From Klebsormidium nitens (Eukaryota > Plantae > Klebsormidiophyceae), in contig DF237156.1 of NCBI GenBank assembly GCA_000708835.1, forward strand, positions 42,686 through 106,685: DNA of 64,000 nt, in the 5' to 3' direction. The position numbers were made by a program, and so were the translations under genes. Of the stretch, positions 61,242 to 64,000 are shown in pieces (position 1 is the first letter of the stretch; every line of letters starts with the position of its first letter). The notes below the pieces were generated by a model, which saw only the letters and a list, made by a program, of their open reading frames with translations, searched no databases and was not told where the DNA came from.

Positions 61242-61996
61242 GCAGCGAGCTGCATTCACGGACTCCAGGAGCTAGGCGCCGCGTGTCCAGACACTCCATT
61301 GACCCAGTCGGCTCAGCAAATTGCTGGAAGCTGCCGGAAGCATTCAGAGCTGGTAAGTTTGGAGAGACTGAAGAGACACCTAAAAGAATCTTTCCGAAGA
61401 CCGTCTGCAGTAAGATCTAAAGTCCTTTGTTCCAGATAGGTAGATCAGAAGAACGGTGACTGTTATGATTCGCTTCTTACAGCTTTGGCTTGTTCAAGGT
61501 CGGATCAAGTTCTCGTCTTCTGTGCAATGCCATCCTCGGGCCCCTACTACTTGAGTCCAATCAAAGACTGAAATGAGTGCTTGAATCATTGATGTCCTAG
61601 TGCGGCTTTACTGATCCAAAATGAATAGAAAGCAATTTTGCTGCTACTTATTATTGCAGACATCCAGTCCAAAGAAACGTACCAAAGGAACATTGCACGT
61701 TTTGATGGCATCTTTTATCCTTGTGATACAACAAACAACAGCACTCAAGAATGTCGGGATGCTCAGTATCTCACCTGACGCAAACCTTAGCCTTAAGTTG
61801 TGTCAAGCTACACTCCAAAATCCCAAGTAGGCTTTGATGGCCTTTGCTTTCGTCATAGGCTTGCTAAGTCATAAAAAAAGCTGAGCAACAGGATTCGCCA
61901 GGGACTTGACGTCTGCTGACGTCATGCTGATGCTCAACAGAATTACCTGCTTCCGAGAACGCTTGCCGTCCCGATTTGCAGAACGGAACGCTAGTG

Positions 61997-63867
61997 ATGG
62001 CCGGACTTCTCGGTGCCAAATGGCACGAGCTCTCTTCGGAGATTCAGAAGAGAAAGTCAGGTGAAGATGGTACTGCAGACTCTGATGACAAGAAGCAGGA
62101 GCTCCTCTTTCTAGAGAGGCACCTTCAGACACTGGACGTGCGCGCAAGGCTGCATGCCAGGTCAGGGTTCGACTTCAGTACCCGTTTCAAGCACGCGTGT
62201 AAAGGCAAGAGGACTCTGAGTTGAGCCGTAATTTTACCGAGAGTGTGGTTCAATTTCGTCGCGTCTGATGAGACTAGTAAGATCATTATTCTGAATCTTT
62301 CGAATCCTGAACGTAAGCCAGCAATGTTGGTTTCTCTACAAATTCTACTTCGTCGCAGAAGTTGAAATCTATCTTTTTGAACCGTTAGCAGAATTGCATA
62401 TGCAACATGTACAAGGTGCCATCCTGTGTTGTATAAGCTGCGCCAGGTTTCTGAAGTCGACGCCACCCTTTCGAAGTCCTCTCTTTGACATGGTTCACGG
62501 AACTGTCAATCGTATCTGCAACGGAACAAACCCCGTGGCTTGCTTTCGTCAGCTCACGTCTTGGATTATAATGTGGAGTATCGGGAGTTAAAAGGTTTCT
62601 ACGAATAGGAGCTTGCTGCATATCAAACAAAACATCAGCCATACCAAGCAAGAACCTTGCATGATCTTTCACACCAATTAGATACCAATTGCCCGCAGCA
62701 AGAGGACTTCAAGTAGAGATTCTCCTGCATACATATAACTTGAAGGCTTTCAATTCGTCTTGGTGTTGACATAATGAGACCAACCGATCAACCCGCATAT
62801 GGTTGCAAATTCCAGGAAGGAATGATGAGTATCTGGTTCAGCCACAAACCATCGGCCGTGATTCGGCCACGTGGAGCTTCCCTGGAGGAGGACGCCTCAT
62901 CCTCAGCCTCGACCTCAAGGACGGGACCTGTAACGTGGTACCTGAGCACGTGCCTGCTGACGCCAGCTTCATCAAAGACGCCTGGACTGCGAGCTCCGAA
63001 TGGCGTGGCTCAAATTCGACGCACAACTTCGATCTGATATACAAGTGAGTACCTTCTCGCCAACGTCTGCGCTTTTCTTACCTCGCCTCATAGCGTGGAG
63101 ACCAGCTCGCGAATAAATCCGATCCCGCCTATGATGAGCATATTCCCAGCGTTTTAGAAGCAGACAAACAAGGTTTCTAGGTTTTCCATTGATCCGGAAG
63201 GCTCTTTCATTGGCAGCTTCCGCGTGAGCAAGGTCCCGTACGCTCTCGCAGCCAGCGCAGAACAGGTGTTGAATTCGATTGAGCGCTTCAATTGCGCACT
63301 TTGATTGCTCAGGCCTAAATTACAAGCATAAGATTCGCTTAAGTTGCACAGGCCTCAATTACAAGCGAAAGATTCAGTTAATTTGCAGCTAATTACCATG
63401 ATCGAAGGGCATGGCAGATACAATTGGAGCTTCTGTTAGTCTTCATCGGGTCTTAAGCTCTCGACTGTTGCAGAATCTCTAAGATCAGATTTCTGGACAG
63501 CTCCGAAGCAAAGTGAGGAAGATAGACCATACAACTTGATTTTCAAGATCCAAAAACCCTTCTTTTGATTTATTCTTTCAATCCTACTGGAAGGCTCGAC
63601 ACCGGTTTTGTCAAGCTCAAAGAGAAGGACGCCCTTCCCGACCCCTACATCCTCACGATCACGCCTGATGCCGCTCGAGAGCGGTACGAGCACATCGGGG
63701 AGCGGATTCCGTCCGCTCTCGTTCTGTACAGATTGCTGTGCCTCTTCCCGTCCCTGGATGTGCCGACTTATGACTGGTACAAGTGTCTCTGGGACTTTCT
63801 GCTGACCCACGAAGCGACCGGCTTCCGGCTGAAGATATGGGAGCACAAGGCCGCGCTGCATGCAATG
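61997..63867 (+). CDS. Paralogue B of the same family, running off the window end
   Basis: Exons ~61997-62204 (GC donor), 62816-63044 and 63594-63867 are in phase and collinear with paralogue A, with many third-position differences (e.g. MAGLLGAKWHELSSE, RIPSALVLYR, DWYKCLWDF, IWEHKA). Confidence 0.75.
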
Positions 63868-64000
63868 GTGAGCTGCCATGCGCGCGCAGCCGCGCTGATT
63901 CGTACCGCGACAGATATCTGCCCCTCATCTCCAAAAACCTGCTTTAGCACCCGCAAACGGAAGGCCAGAGAGAGTGTGGTTCTCATTGACTTCTGGGTTC

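Larger units (their letters stand above)
7181..61924. repeat. Dispersed, highly iterated palindrome TGACGTCA (often within GCTGACGTCAGC-like 12-mers)
   Basis: Perfect copies start at 7181, 12666, 12794, 12821, 12969, 13685, 18496, 18592, 18625, 19872, 20034, 20045, 21642, 21747, 21768, 26383, 26449, 28989, 34523, 35228, 47816, 47970, 50841 and 61917 (manual count, may be incomplete). Many 7/8 variants also occur. Confidence 0.9.

Overview
Eukaryotic, intron-rich nuclear DNA of roughly 50-55% GC by eye, with GT(R)AG donors, CTRAC branch points, YAG acceptors and a few GC donors. Gene content and style suggest a streptophyte green alga such as Klebsormidium (inference only). The single-exon ORF track is mostly exon fragments and antisense shadows, so I rebuilt genes by splice phase. 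Supported genes: a 13-exon allantoinase (+, 1027-8809); a ~29-exon, ~2,900-aa mosaic membrane protein (-, 40507-18641) with signal peptide, two DUF642/choice-of-anchor-C-like domains, Pro-rich and Pro/Thr-rich stalks, beta-helix-like repeats, Ig-like repeats and a TRP-like multi-TM domain; a chalcone-isomerase-fold protein (+, 44984-47811); a UBE2S/UBC22-type E2 (-, 53644-49089); and a tandem pair of paralogues with an internally duplicated uncharacterised domain (55644-59954, frameshifted; 61997 to beyond the window end). Two further minus-strand multi-exon genes are only tentative. Two window-wide patterns stand out. The palindrome TGACGTCA occurs at least 24 times against about 1 expected, in exons in different frames and at intron branch points on both strands. 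Many exon edges are flanked by tandem fossil copies of the exon start or end plus its splice site, and these copies differ mostly at third codon positions. I found no rRNA, tRNA, CRISPR array or intact transposase.
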